56,809 bases of DNA from Clostridiales bacterium (lineage in GTDB: Bacteria > Bacillota > Clostridia > Saccharofermentanales > Saccharofermentanaceae): positions 1 to 56,809 of the forward strand of contig JAFWDK010000017.1 in NCBI GenBank assembly GCA_017513085.1, written 5' to 3'. The notes beneath the pieces were generated by a model. It searched no databases. It saw nothing but the letters and a program-made list of their open reading frames with translations, and was not told where the DNA came from. Both the position numbers and the translations under genes were made by a program. Shown in pieces: positions 30,304 through 39,529 of the stretch; position 1 is the first letter of the stretch, and each line of letters begins with the position of its first letter.

Positions 30304-32742
30304 TCAGCCGCGCTCCTGAACGACTGCCTTACTTCGTTTCTGAATGTTTTTAACCACATCATCAAGAGTCCTGTCACCGATAAAATAGCCAGGTGCCTCT
30401 TCCTGGATGATCATCATTGCAGATGGATCAGATGAGCAGGAATCATGGATGTTCCCGATCACTTTCTTGAGTTCTGTTACATCATCTTCACTCAGATGTG
30501 CAGATTCATATATCATATACGATTCTTTATCCGGATCTTCCCATCCGAGCCGGTTTTCTTTCAACGACAGTTCCATCTCCATATCAAAAGCCTTGCGATT
30601 GACCGGGAATCTGAAGTAATATCTTCCGCAATATAATTGCGGTTCATATTCAAGGAAATACCGGATGATGTCCCATGCCTCGCTTTTAAGCGGAGATGTC
30701 TGGGAAATAGCAAGTGACGTAGACTTCTCAGCCATTGCACCTCTTCCATCTATACTAGGATTGCCAACAAAGCACACTTTCCCGTCACACAAAGTACGCA
30801 TGTGTCCGAAATCATTAAGTGAATGGATGGACTGACTTAATGCAACGATCATGCCTGCATCAAACTGTACTTGAGGATGCATATTGTTCCCTGTCTCAAT
30901 CTCACTTTCAAGATAGCTCTTCTGTAATTCTCCTGATGTCATCGGAAGTCCATGGTTCTTCACCAGATCCAGGATCTTCGCGAATTCCGGATCATCGAAT
31001 ACGACTTTACGGTTGTCATAATCCAAGAAGTGACTGGTCGTCCCGTTTAGAAGGGTCTCCATAAGATCACTTTGGGAAACCTTACCCAAGATACTGATGT
31101 TTTCAGGCAGCGATCGGCTGATCTCCTCAAACTCATCGTATGTCCAACCAGTCCTTTCACCCACATATTCCGTATTTGCAACCATGCCGTTCACGGAAAA
31201 ATTGAGAGGCAGCTGATAAAGTTTTCCATTTCTTTCATACGAACGGAAGATATTGTCAAAGAACAGACTTCGATCCAGAGGATCACTTCCGTCGATCAAG
31301 GTATTTAGATCCACCAAGGCACGTTCCGTATTAAATTGGGAGAAAGACCCGAAATTCATAAGTATATCCGGTCCGTCACCGGCCAAAATCTCCAGATATA
31401 CCTGATCCGCAATCAGGGATTGTTCTTCCGTACTGGACACCACAAGCTGATACATACCTGTGTATAGGCTGCTTTCTCCAGAATAATCCTGAACTACTAT
31501 CCTTGTCTTCTTTGCCGGATCAAGATTATAGGCCGTAAGTGTATTGGCAAAATCTCTTCTCAAATCTCCGATAAATGCCAGATAAAGGATATTCTTTCCG
31601 GCATGCGGATTCTTCTCCTCACGATGCATGTGAAGAAGATGAACATCTTCTGAGATGTTTTCAAAATTCAGTGCTATACCATCATGCGAGTGACAGGCCA
31701 TGTAGATATCGTTATCTGACGCCAGGCGAATCTGCGGGTCCCAGTGTGTTTCGCGATACCGGTTATCTGTATCACTCCAGGAAAGGATCATCTGCGGATC
31801 CTCGCTTGAAAGCAGATTATATTTTTGAATCCCATTTCCAACCGTTGCATATACAGCGTCGCTTCCTTGTATCAGCTTATCACCATTTATTCTACCGGTC
31901 ACATCAATTTTGTCCCCGACTTTTTTCCCTGTAACCGGATCAATTTCATACATGTATGCAATCGGCGGATTGGATGGATCGTACACGTCATCGATCGAAA
32001 CATAAGCATAGTATTTTCCTTCAATCTGGAAGATTCTGGAAATTGAGTTAAAAATCGGTTCCTCATTAAGAAGCTTCCCTTCAGGGCTGAACAAAAGAAG
32101 AGTAGACACGTCGTTACATAGAAAATTTCCATTCTCCATAAAAAGCATGTCCGTTACCAGATTGTGCTCATCCCTATCAAGAGTGATGCTCTCAATCAGT
32201 CTTCCTTCAGGTGATATGTCATAGAGAACCATCGTGCTATTGTAACCATTTCCATTGTATGAAGACAACAAAGCCTTCGCTTTTCCGGAAGGATCTTCAA
32301 CTAATCCTACTAATTCTTTACCTGAAGGAATGTAGCTGAAACCCTTCATCTTTCCATCCAGGCTAAATACCGACAGACCTCCCCGCCGATAACTCTCATA
32401 TTCTTCATCCATTTTCTTCCGTTCTTCTTCGGAATACTTCAACCAGTTTTCTCTATATTCACTCCATTGCTTTTTAAACTCTACAGGCATGACATACGTT
32501 TCCAAAGTTTCAACTACGATACAATTTGAGAATATTTTTATTTGTCCGATAGCTCTGCGTTCCACTACTTTTCCTTCAGGAGATTCAAAATCGAGCAGGA
32601 TATCTTCACAACTGAAATATGGATCCGTCTCTTGCACGACGCGCTTTCTCGGCTCTTTTTTCTTCTTGTTGCAACCTGCAAGCGGCAACAGAATTGTCAT
32701 GCATAAACAAGCAGCTATTCCTCGAAGTATTAACTTTTTCAT
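30304..32742 (-). CDS. Large solute-binding-like lipoprotein (paralog D)
   Basis: Lipobox LAGC; ends VVQERG. Confidence 0.85.
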   Translation of the reverse strand: MKKLILRGIAACLCMTILLPLAGCNKKKKEPRKRVVQETDPYFSCEDILLDFESPEGKVVERRAIGQIKIFSNCIVVETLETYVMPVEFKKQWSEYRENWLKYSEEERKKMDEEYESYRRGGLSVFSLDGKMKGFSYIPSGKELVGLVEDPSGKAKALLSSYNGNGYNSTMVLYDISPEGRLIESITLDRDEHNLVTDMLFMENGNFLCNDVSTLLLFSPEGKLLNEEPIFNSISRIFQIEGKYYAYVSIDDVYDPSNPPIAYMYEIDPVTGKKVGDKIDVTGRINGDKLIQGSDAVYATVGNGIQKYNLLSSEDPQMILSWSDTDNRYRETHWDPQIRLASDNDIYMACHSHDGIALNFENISEDVHLLHMHREEKNPHAGKNILYLAFIGDLRRDFANTLTAYNLDPAKKTRIVVQDYSGESSLYTGMYQLVVSSTEEQSLIADQVYLEILAGDGPDILMNFGSFSQFNTERALVDLNTLIDGSDPLDRSLFFDNIFRSYERNGKLYQLPLNFSVNGMVANTEYVGERTGWTYDEFEEISRSLPENISILGKVSQSDLMETLLNGTTSHFLDYDNRKVVFDDPEFAKILDLVKNHGLPMTSGELQKSYLESEIETGNNMHPQVQFDAGMIVALSQSIHSLNDFGHMRTLCDGKVCFVGNPSIDGRGAMAEKSTSLAISQTSPLKSEAWDIIRYFLEYEPQLYCGRYYFRFPVNRKAFDMEMELSLKENRLGWEDPDKESYMIYESAHLSEDDVTELKKVIGNIHDSCSSDPSAMMIIQEEAPGYFIGDRTLDDVVKNIQKRSKAVVQERG

Positions 32743-32786
32743 CTGTTTCTGCCTCCTTGACTACATCAAAAAACAAAGACCAGAAT

Positions 32787-32909
32787 AGATTAGGATATGC
32801 TTGGAAAGGATATCCTAATCTGTTATTCGTAGTGTAACAGATTAGGATATGCTTGGAAAGGATATCCTAATCTGTTATTCGTAGTGTAACAGATGCTTTC
32901 AGTATATCA
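32787..32909 (-). promoter_or_regulatory. Conserved promoter + leader, copy 3, with exact 52-bp tandem duplication
   Basis: 32787-32838 equals 32839-32890; the -10 overlaps the stop codon of the upstream gene. Confidence 0.85.
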
Positions 32910-33668
32910 TGTTGAACTTGTCTCGTTCGCTGATATGGATGATGATTCCATCTTCCTGGAAGCGGTGTTTTCACTATACTCAATTAAGACGATTTGTTCT
33001 TTCTCAAAAGCGATTTCTCCTACCGCATTTGTTTTTTCTGTTTTGATATCTACAAACGACGTACTTGAAATCGTAGCATTATAAAGAATAAGCTTGTCGT
33101 CCTCAATACTAAACATCATATCGTTATCATAATTCTCGAAAACGAACGCTACCATCTTCTTGGTTGCAAAATCAAAGTATCCTACTTGCGAACGATGGAT
33201 TCCAGAACCCCACGATGCAATATAGTAAAGCTCTATCTGACCATCATTATTCATGTCTGCAATAGCCAGGGAAGTAAGTCCGCATCCTCCAAACCACCAT
33301 TGTATGGGATAGATTACATCCCCTACCATTAAGTAGCCGACACATGACTTATCAAACTTAAAAACCAGAAAACCATACTTCGTATATATCTCTTCAGGTG
33401 TTACATTGTAACACTCATCATCTTCGTAAAATTCCGGCAGCTCAGTCAGTTTATCGAGAAAGTCCTGTACCTTGTATTTAGACGGGAACAATTGGAAAAC
33501 CGTCATTTCGGATTTGGGCTCAGTGCTTTCAGACATGCTTTCCACTTTTACCGTTCCCGTCTCATCAGAACCAGGGACGGTTTGATCGACAGGAGTTTTT
33601 CCGGAACAGCCATAAACAGCTATTCCAAATATTATTATCAGCACGAATTGAAAGATTCTCTTGATCAT
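32907..33668 (-). CDS. Lipoprotein of unknown function
   Basis: Lipobox VYGC; DMNNDGQIE calcium-binding-like loop. Confidence 0.8.
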   Translation of the reverse strand: MIKRIFQFVLIIIFGIAVYGCSGKTPVDQTVPGSDETGTVKVESMSESTEPKSEMTVFQLFPSKYKVQDFLDKLTELPEFYEDDECYNVTPEEIYTKYGFLVFKFDKSCVGYLMVGDVIYPIQWWFGGCGLTSLAIADMNNDGQIELYYIASWGSGIHRSQVGYFDFATKKMVAFVFENYDNDMMFSIEDDKLILYNATISSTSFVDIKTEKTNAVGEIAFEKEQIVLIEYSENTASRKMESSSISANETSST

Positions 33669-33692
33669 GTTTTCTCCTCGGTATTTCCTTCA

Positions 33693-34973
33693 TTAGCCTT
33701 TCATTTCCGGATCCGGCTTCTCCAGTCTTTGATCAACAGTTGAATACTCTTTGGAATACAAGCATTTCCCCGTAGTAGCATCGACTGTGATGCAGTAATA
33801 AGGATAGTATTGACCAACCTCAAAGTAAAGCTGCCATACCGGTATCAGGAAGGTTCTCTCATCTGTATAGTCATATGTCGAAAGATCGTAGTTGGTGAGC
33901 GGAAGATAGGTAAGTTCCGCACAATAAAACTTCATCTGATCAATCGTACGATATGTCGGCGGTAAATAGAAATACTCCACAGCCTCCTTAATTCCATCCA
34001 TGCATTCGGAAACAGGTTTAATCGGCAGATTTGACTTTACAATTGATTTTATAGTGAAATCACCCGTTCTCACCATCTGTACAACCGTATCCCCACACTG
34101 ATAATGGCCCGTAGAAGTGGTAACCAGATTTGAGCCTTTTGCAGTAGTCAGAAGATCTTCGTAATCATAAACACCATCAGGCATGGAAATGTTATACATC
34201 GTTCCGTACACAGGAATATTATCTATGTACCTGTCAGCAAGACTAATGTAATGCAGCGTGTCATACTCTTCCGGGAAATACGGAGGTTCACCGGGAGCAA
34301 GACTTGCTTCGCGCGGAAATGTACTTCCGTCCAAATCAAAAACCAGAACGCGATTGTTCAATGTATTCTTTCCCATGCCTGTACGAAATGGGAGCTCCAC
34401 CCAGTTTTGAATGTTTCCGATCGTTGTAACATGCATACTAGCTATTGTATTGGAAAAAGTATCCTCTGGTGGTTTATATGTAATCAAATCAACATCTTTA
34501 GGGTATGGCGTATCCTCATAGTCCTCCGCCCGCAAAAAAGTGTTGAAAGGCATCCCGAAAAACCATCTTTGGACCCAGAATAAATCATATTCGTACGACC
34601 AGTTTTGGCTCTCCATAAAACTCATGCTCGATTCCATTCTCACATGTTCATTATTCCATTCACGCGTTAAATGGAGTGGAATATCCACTTCGATTTCATA
34701 TACATTTGCTACTCCAAAACTGTTATCCAGAATGACAAAATTATCTGTACAATACTTTGCCAATTCCGTTCCAGCTATAGGATTTACATACGTTTCAGGC
34801 GTATTGGATAGTTCTCCCGTATCAACAGTACTATCCGCCACTTCAAATACTAAGGTACTGCTTTCAGAAGATCCTTCGGCAGACGCGCTATTGCAGGACG
34901 TCATCAGTGATGCTTCCACTAACATCGTCACGCATATAAGACCTGACATTATACGGCGTGTAACCTCTTTCAT
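33693..34973 (-). CDS. Lipoprotein of unknown function
   Basis: RBS AAGGAG; MTSC lipobox; C-terminal LIPVWQ...VDATTG. Confidence 0.8.
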   Translation of the reverse strand: MKEVTRRIMSGLICVTMLVEASLMTSCNSASAEGSSESSTLVFEVADSTVDTGELSNTPETYVNPIAGTELAKYCTDNFVILDNSFGVANVYEIEVDIPLHLTREWNNEHVRMESSMSFMESQNWSYEYDLFWVQRWFFGMPFNTFLRAEDYEDTPYPKDVDLITYKPPEDTFSNTIASMHVTTIGNIQNWVELPFRTGMGKNTLNNRVLVFDLDGSTFPREASLAPGEPPYFPEEYDTLHYISLADRYIDNIPVYGTMYNISMPDGVYDYEDLLTTAKGSNLVTTSTGHYQCGDTVVQMVRTGDFTIKSIVKSNLPIKPVSECMDGIKEAVEYFYLPPTYRTIDQMKFYCAELTYLPLTNYDLSTYDYTDERTFLIPVWQLYFEVGQYYPYYCITVDATTGKCLYSKEYSTVDQRLEKPDPEMKG

Positions 34974-35011
34974 TTAATACCGACTCCTTGATTTCGCCGA
35001 GAACTGTATGC

Positions 35012-35062
35012 AGGATATCCTAATCTGTTATTCGTAGTGTAACAGATGCTTTCAGTATATCA
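35012..35062 (-). promoter_or_regulatory. Conserved promoter + leader, copy 4 (truncated; hairpin 1 only)
   Basis: 51-bp match to copies 2 and 3; lacks the 3' arm of hairpin 2. Confidence 0.8.
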
Positions 35063-35183
35063 CGGCAGGCACTCATTCATACTCTTTCACCATTCTTCCT
35101 CCAAAAGGATGAATCCTCATCCTCCCAAATCACTTGGGATACATACCTTTTAATGTTTCTTGGCTCAAAGGTTTGAATCCAAG

Positions 35184-35226
35184 AGAAAAGGAAACTCGCT
35201 TTGAGGGAAACGATCCCTCAAAGCGA
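35184..35226 (-). terminator. Intrinsic terminator after the AraC gene
   Basis: tcgctttgaggga / tccctcaaagcga 13-bp stem followed by a T-rich tract on the minus strand. Confidence 0.75.
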
Positions 35227-35266
35227 ATATCGAACTGGACGCTTCCAAGCCTCATGCGGAAAGTTT

Positions 35267-36154
35267 TCAGCTATCGATCTTCTTTACCGGAACGAGCTCG
35301 ATATAACCTCTTTCTCCACGCGGTTCAAGCTGAATGCGTGGATTGCTGTCATCCCAGGCATATCCGATAAACTCCGGGTTATACTTCTTTTCCGCATCCC
35401 AGATCTCCGTGATCGCAGATACATAATCCTCTTCTTTGAAAGGTTCTCCGCGGAAGAGTAGGTATGTCGCCGCAGGAAGATCGAGGATCTCAAATCCTTC
35501 CGGAATCGGTCCGGAATAATCCGTTTCCACCTCAACACCCTGGACATACTCGTTCGTCACCGGTTTTCTCAAGTGCTCCGGTAGCCACAAACAGACCGGC
35601 TCACCGCTGATGGACTTGATGCTCGTAAGAAGTCCCCAAACATCACAGCCGACTTCTTTACAGTAGCTCCAGTATTCGTTCGCCTTGATTCCTCTCTTGA
35701 TAATGACCTTTCTGGCCGGTTTCTCGATCACCTGGATAAACACATTTCTGATCTCACTCATAATATTCACATTCCTTTCATTTTCAATAATCAGCGAAGG
35801 AGTGAAGAGCCAGATGGGAACCGGGCTGGTGGAGTACTCTTTCGGATTACAGCCGAACTCACGTCTGAATGCGCGCTGATACCCGTCAACACTTCCGAAT
35901 CCCATACTGATGGCGACATCGAGGACAGATATATTTTCATCTCTTAGCCGCAGAGCCGACTTCGACAGTTTCAAACGTCTGATATAGACTGCCGGCGTCA
36001 TATTCAGATGTTCTATGAAGAGTCGTCTTGCGTACCAGGGAGAGAACGAGGATACCGCTGCAAGATCCGCTAAAGTGATCTCATCATTTATGTGATCACT
36101 TATATAATCCTGCATGGACCGTACCGCCTCTTTATGTTCGTCCACTTGGCTCAC
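35267..36154 (-). CDS. AraC family regulator with C-terminal effector domain
   Basis: ITLADLAAVSSFSPWYARRLF; VLDVAISMGFGSVDGYQRAFRREFG. Confidence 0.9.
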   Translation of the reverse strand: MSQVDEHKEAVRSMQDYISDHINDEITLADLAAVSSFSPWYARRLFIEHLNMTPAVYIRRLKLSKSALRLRDENISVLDVAISMGFGSVDGYQRAFRREFGCNPKEYSTSPVPIWLFTPSLIIENERNVNIMSEIRNVFIQVIEKPARKVIIKRGIKANEYWSYCKEVGCDVWGLLTSIKSISGEPVCLWLPEHLRKPVTNEYVQGVEVETDYSGPIPEGFEILDLPAATYLLFRGEPFKEEDYVSAITEIWDAEKKYNPEFIGYAWDDSNPRIQLEPRGERGYIELVPVKKIDS

Positions 36155-36289
36155 CTCCTTTGTGAGCTCATCTTAACTGAAATGATCATTAGGAATCTCG
36201 ACTTTTTTTGCTCAGATGAAATCAGACCGGTCAGATAAAGATTTCCTCTAGGAATGTTCTGTCTTTTAGATCGAAGATACGTCCCGTTT

Positions 36290-37084
36290 TTATGCGACAA
36301 GCCACTTGTATTTTTCCACGCTATAGAGCGGAACAAACGGAATCATGATCGGCGTTGTTTTCACGTATTTCTGATATTCCGCATCATCTTTGTAGTACTT
36401 GTTCTGACGGATCTCCAGTCTTCTGGCTCCGCCAAACATAACATAGATGATACCGACATAGCCTAAGATGGAAACAATCCACTGGACGGCATTGCAATAG
36501 GCCGGAATACCGCCGACAAAAACACCCGTCCAGAAAATCATCTCTCCCAGATAGTTCGGACATCGAACCAGTTTATATAATCCTGTGTCTACGAAACGTC
36601 CGGGGTTTTTCTTCTTTGCATTATTCTTCTGAATGTCGGCAATAGTCTCCAAAAGCACTCCGGCAAAACTAATACAAATTCCTACAATAAGAGTCACATC
36701 CGTTCCTGTTTTATTGACCAGACGGAATGTCATCGGTGATGTTTCAAAAGCATAGAGAATCGCAGCACTGACCCATATTGCTATTTTGGCCACAATACTC
36801 ATTCCCTCACCGGATTTGATTTCTTTTTTCATCTTGGAATTATAGGAACCACTCCGTATTTCCCGATAGGCAAGGTATCCACCCAGGCGGCAGCCATACA
36901 GAATAAAAAGAATACTCCCAAGAAGCGTACCGATTGTCAGCGCGTCTCTCTCGAGGATCAATAATCCGACACCGATTCCGGCGATTGAAAAACCATATCC
37001 TATCGAAATAAACCACACATACTTTTTAAATCCGATACTACTGATCGCCAGCGCAATCAGGCCCGTCAATAACCATGTCAGCAT
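36290..37084 (-). CDS. DUF1295 / steroid 5-alpha-reductase-like membrane protein
   Basis: ETIADIQK, TGLYKLVRCPNYLGEMIFW, YQKYVKTTP. Confidence 0.85.
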   Translation of the reverse strand: MLTWLLTGLIALAISSIGFKKYVWFISIGYGFSIAGIGVGLLILERDALTIGTLLGSILFILYGCRLGGYLAYREIRSGSYNSKMKKEIKSGEGMSIVAKIAIWVSAAILYAFETSPMTFRLVNKTGTDVTLIVGICISFAGVLLETIADIQKNNAKKKNPGRFVDTGLYKLVRCPNYLGEMIFWTGVFVGGIPAYCNAVQWIVSILGYVGIIYVMFGGARRLEIRQNKYYKDDAEYQKYVKTTPIMIPFVPLYSVEKYKWLVA

Positions 37085-37353
37085 ATCTTCTCACCTCGCA
37101 TCATTCAACCTTTTTTCATTATATCAAGGGCAAATGCGAAAAATCTGACGAATCTGTTAAGTTTCTTCTGATACATTAAAATGCTTTCGTAAATCTATTT
37201 TGCTAATTTGACTGAATTAGACTTCGTTTTACTGATTTTTTACAGATATAATCTTCTTTAGACCGTAATATAGTATTATTATAAATAACTCTTAGAGATG
37301 CTCTCTGTTTCAAGCACACATATGCTACTACCCGAACACTGGAGGTGTTCCTT

Positions 37354-37845
37354 ATGAAAACCAGATCATCGGTTCGTTTCCTCACCTGCATTGGATTATC
37401 CGCTGCTCTTTTACTTAGTTCTGCAGGGTGCAAGAATAGTCAAAAGAACAAAAACAAGAATCCATTTTCGCAACGCTCGACCACTGAGTTCTCCAACTAC
37501 GATGACTACAAAGTTGATGTTAATTTGACTGTCGGCAATGGTAAAAAAGCTGTGCTTACGGCAAAGAATAATAACTCCGACACCGTCACCTGGGGTGAAG
37601 GTTATATCCTTGAATATCAATATGACGGAGATTGGTACACCGTCCCCTTCGGTGAGAAGGGCGGAGTTTTCTTGCATATGGGTTACATTCTGTATTCCGG
37701 CACCACGAAAGAGAAAGTCTTCTATCTGGATGATCAGTTCGACAACCTTCCTTCCGGTCATTACCGAATGGTCGAAACCATGAATCAAGGAACAATGGAG
37801 ACCGGCATCAAGACCTATACTCTCGCTAATGAGTTTGATCTCTGA
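37354..37845 (+). CDS. Lipoprotein with Ig-like domain
   Basis: Lipobox SAGC; WGEGYILE...W, LPSGHYR. Confidence 0.75.
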   Translation: MKTRSSVRFLTCIGLSAALLLSSAGCKNSQKNKNKNPFSQRSTTEFSNYDDYKVDVNLTVGNGKKAVLTAKNNNSDTVTWGEGYILEYQYDGDWYTVPFGEKGGVFLHMGYILYSGTTKEKVFYLDDQFDNLPSGHYRMVETMNQGTMETGIKTYTLANEFDL

Positions 37846-37879
37846 TTGCATCTTTCCTTGCGACTGACAGATAAAAAGG

Positions 37880-37912
37880 ATCCCCGGGAGTCTGATTATA
37901 GACTTTCGGGGA
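37880..37912 (+). terminator. Hairpin related to the 42201/44260 repeat
   Basis: atccccgggagtct-loop-agactttcggggat. Confidence 0.55.
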
Positions 37913-38031
37913 TTTGTTACCTCACATCCGTCTTTTTTTCTTTTCATTCAAATATCCGGCTGATTTTTGCAACTTATATGGTGAAGGCCATTAAACCACT
38001 TCGATAACACTGACTCAGGAGAAATACAGAT

Positions 38032-39135
38032 ATGAGTATAAAGAAGAAAACAAAAATTATAGTTGCATTCATTCTTTCCGTTTTCATAATGACGGCGGGA
38101 TGTAAAAAAGACATGGCTTCCCGGATCTCCGAATATACAGGCTCGTACGAACTGGCAACTCCGACCGGGACACGTGTATTGTCTGATGAACCGGATCTCC
38201 CGGAAGAAATCGTGTACTGGGATCCGCATAGAGAGCTTAAACCAGAATATACTCTGAAAGAAGCAACCGAAAAATACGCTTTTATCGTAAACCATACCTC
38301 ACTGATCTATACAGCCTGCGACGATCTTGCGATGACTCACACATTCAGATGTGTCGATTATGGGCACCATCTGTTCACAAACTTCAACACAGTTATTTGT
38401 CTGGATCCAAACGGCGAAGTTCACGATGGGTTGACCTCTTATCTCGATCTGGATACCGTAGCTTGCACGTCTTCCGATCAACTGATCAGTGTTCTCCCCC
38501 ACAAATTCGTCGGACCTATGGGTTATTATTCGGAAGAATCCTCTGATCTTGATATCAATGTCATTGAAAGCGCCGACAACTATGCCCTTGTCCATATTCA
38601 GGATTATAGAGAGGAATCTCTGTATTATGGAAGGCCTTTAGGCAAGACATGGCTCCTGATACGCTGTAACCGCTATTTCCATCAGGATAAGAAATTTACG
38701 GAAAAGGATATCTCGGATTTTAAACAGTACGCTGATATCTTATTTGATCACCTAAGTCCTGATAATGGCACTGAACCTTACATTTACGATAAGATCGTAA
38801 ATACTCCTCTCCTGAGTGGAATGCATCTTACCGGGTTCAATTCTCTTGACAAAATAAGCAGCTCATCCATCAGCCTCTTGACCCGCAAGGGCACCCACCT
38901 GTATGATATTACCCTCACTCCGGATGCTTCGGATAAAGCGTTGTCTTATGGTGACTGGGAGGATATGGGCGACATGAAATCCTGTAAAAGTGACTGGGGA
39001 TCTCAGAAACTGTACTTCACCATGGATGGGGTCTCTTATCTTTGTCATTTCCAGAATAGCACCGGTGAGCATACTGACTTCGATTCTTCCGAAGATCTTA
39101 TCAAGTTCATCCGAAAAAGTTGTTACGTCACTTGA
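38032..39135 (+). CDS. Lipoprotein, paralog of 23923-25149
   Basis: Lipobox TAGC; colinear similarity to the C-terminal STGEH.DFDSSEDL. Confidence 0.85.
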   Translation: MSIKKKTKIIVAFILSVFIMTAGCKKDMASRISEYTGSYELATPTGTRVLSDEPDLPEEIVYWDPHRELKPEYTLKEATEKYAFIVNHTSLIYTACDDLAMTHTFRCVDYGHHLFTNFNTVICLDPNGEVHDGLTSYLDLDTVACTSSDQLISVLPHKFVGPMGYYSEESSDLDINVIESADNYALVHIQDYREESLYYGRPLGKTWLLIRCNRYFHQDKKFTEKDISDFKQYADILFDHLSPDNGTEPYIYDKIVNTPLLSGMHLTGFNSLDKISSSSISLLTRKGTHLYDITLTPDASDKALSYGDWEDMGDMKSCKSDWGSQKLYFTMDGVSYLCHFQNSTGEHTDFDSSEDLIKFIRKSCYVT

Positions 39136-39149
39136 TCTTCAGACGATCC

Positions 39150-39524
39150 TCATTCCTTTACCAGTGTTAACCCATCGATCGAATCGATACGGAAAAGCTT
39201 CTGTACGGTCGTTTTCGGAGTTGTGATCTCAACCAGGATCCAGTTCTCATCTGCATCCAGAATGATATTCTTCCCTTTTGTATTGCCGTAAGAAATGACA
39301 TCTGAGTCCCAGCAGTCTTCCTTGAAGGAGATCTTCACCTGCTGTCCGATGTTTTCCTTCGCAAATTTGCAAAGGGATTCTTTCGATATTGCATAACTTG
39401 AGCCTTTTGTCGACGAAAGCTCATCTTCGAGCCTTTTGATCCGCTTCTTCAGATCAGCTTGGGAACAAAATGCCAGCATTCCCATAATACCAAAAACAAA
39501 CGCCACATATGTAAGTGCATCCAT
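39150..39524 (-). CDS. Membrane-anchored small protein with beta-rich C-terminal domain
   Basis: N-terminal TM; C-terminus resembles that of the upstream XRE protein. Confidence 0.75.
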   Translation of the reverse strand: MDALTYVAFVFGIMGMLAFCSQADLKKRIKRLEDELSSTKGSSYAISKESLCKFAKENIGQQVKISFKEDCWDSDVISYGNTKGKNIILDADENWILVEITTPKTTVQKLFRIDSIDGLTLVKE

Positions 39525-39529
39525 ATTCC

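Noticed and set aside
14926-39135. Diversity-generating retroelement acting on the lipoprotein paralogs
   Set aside because: No reverse transcriptase, and no template/variable pair with adenine-only mismatches was seen.
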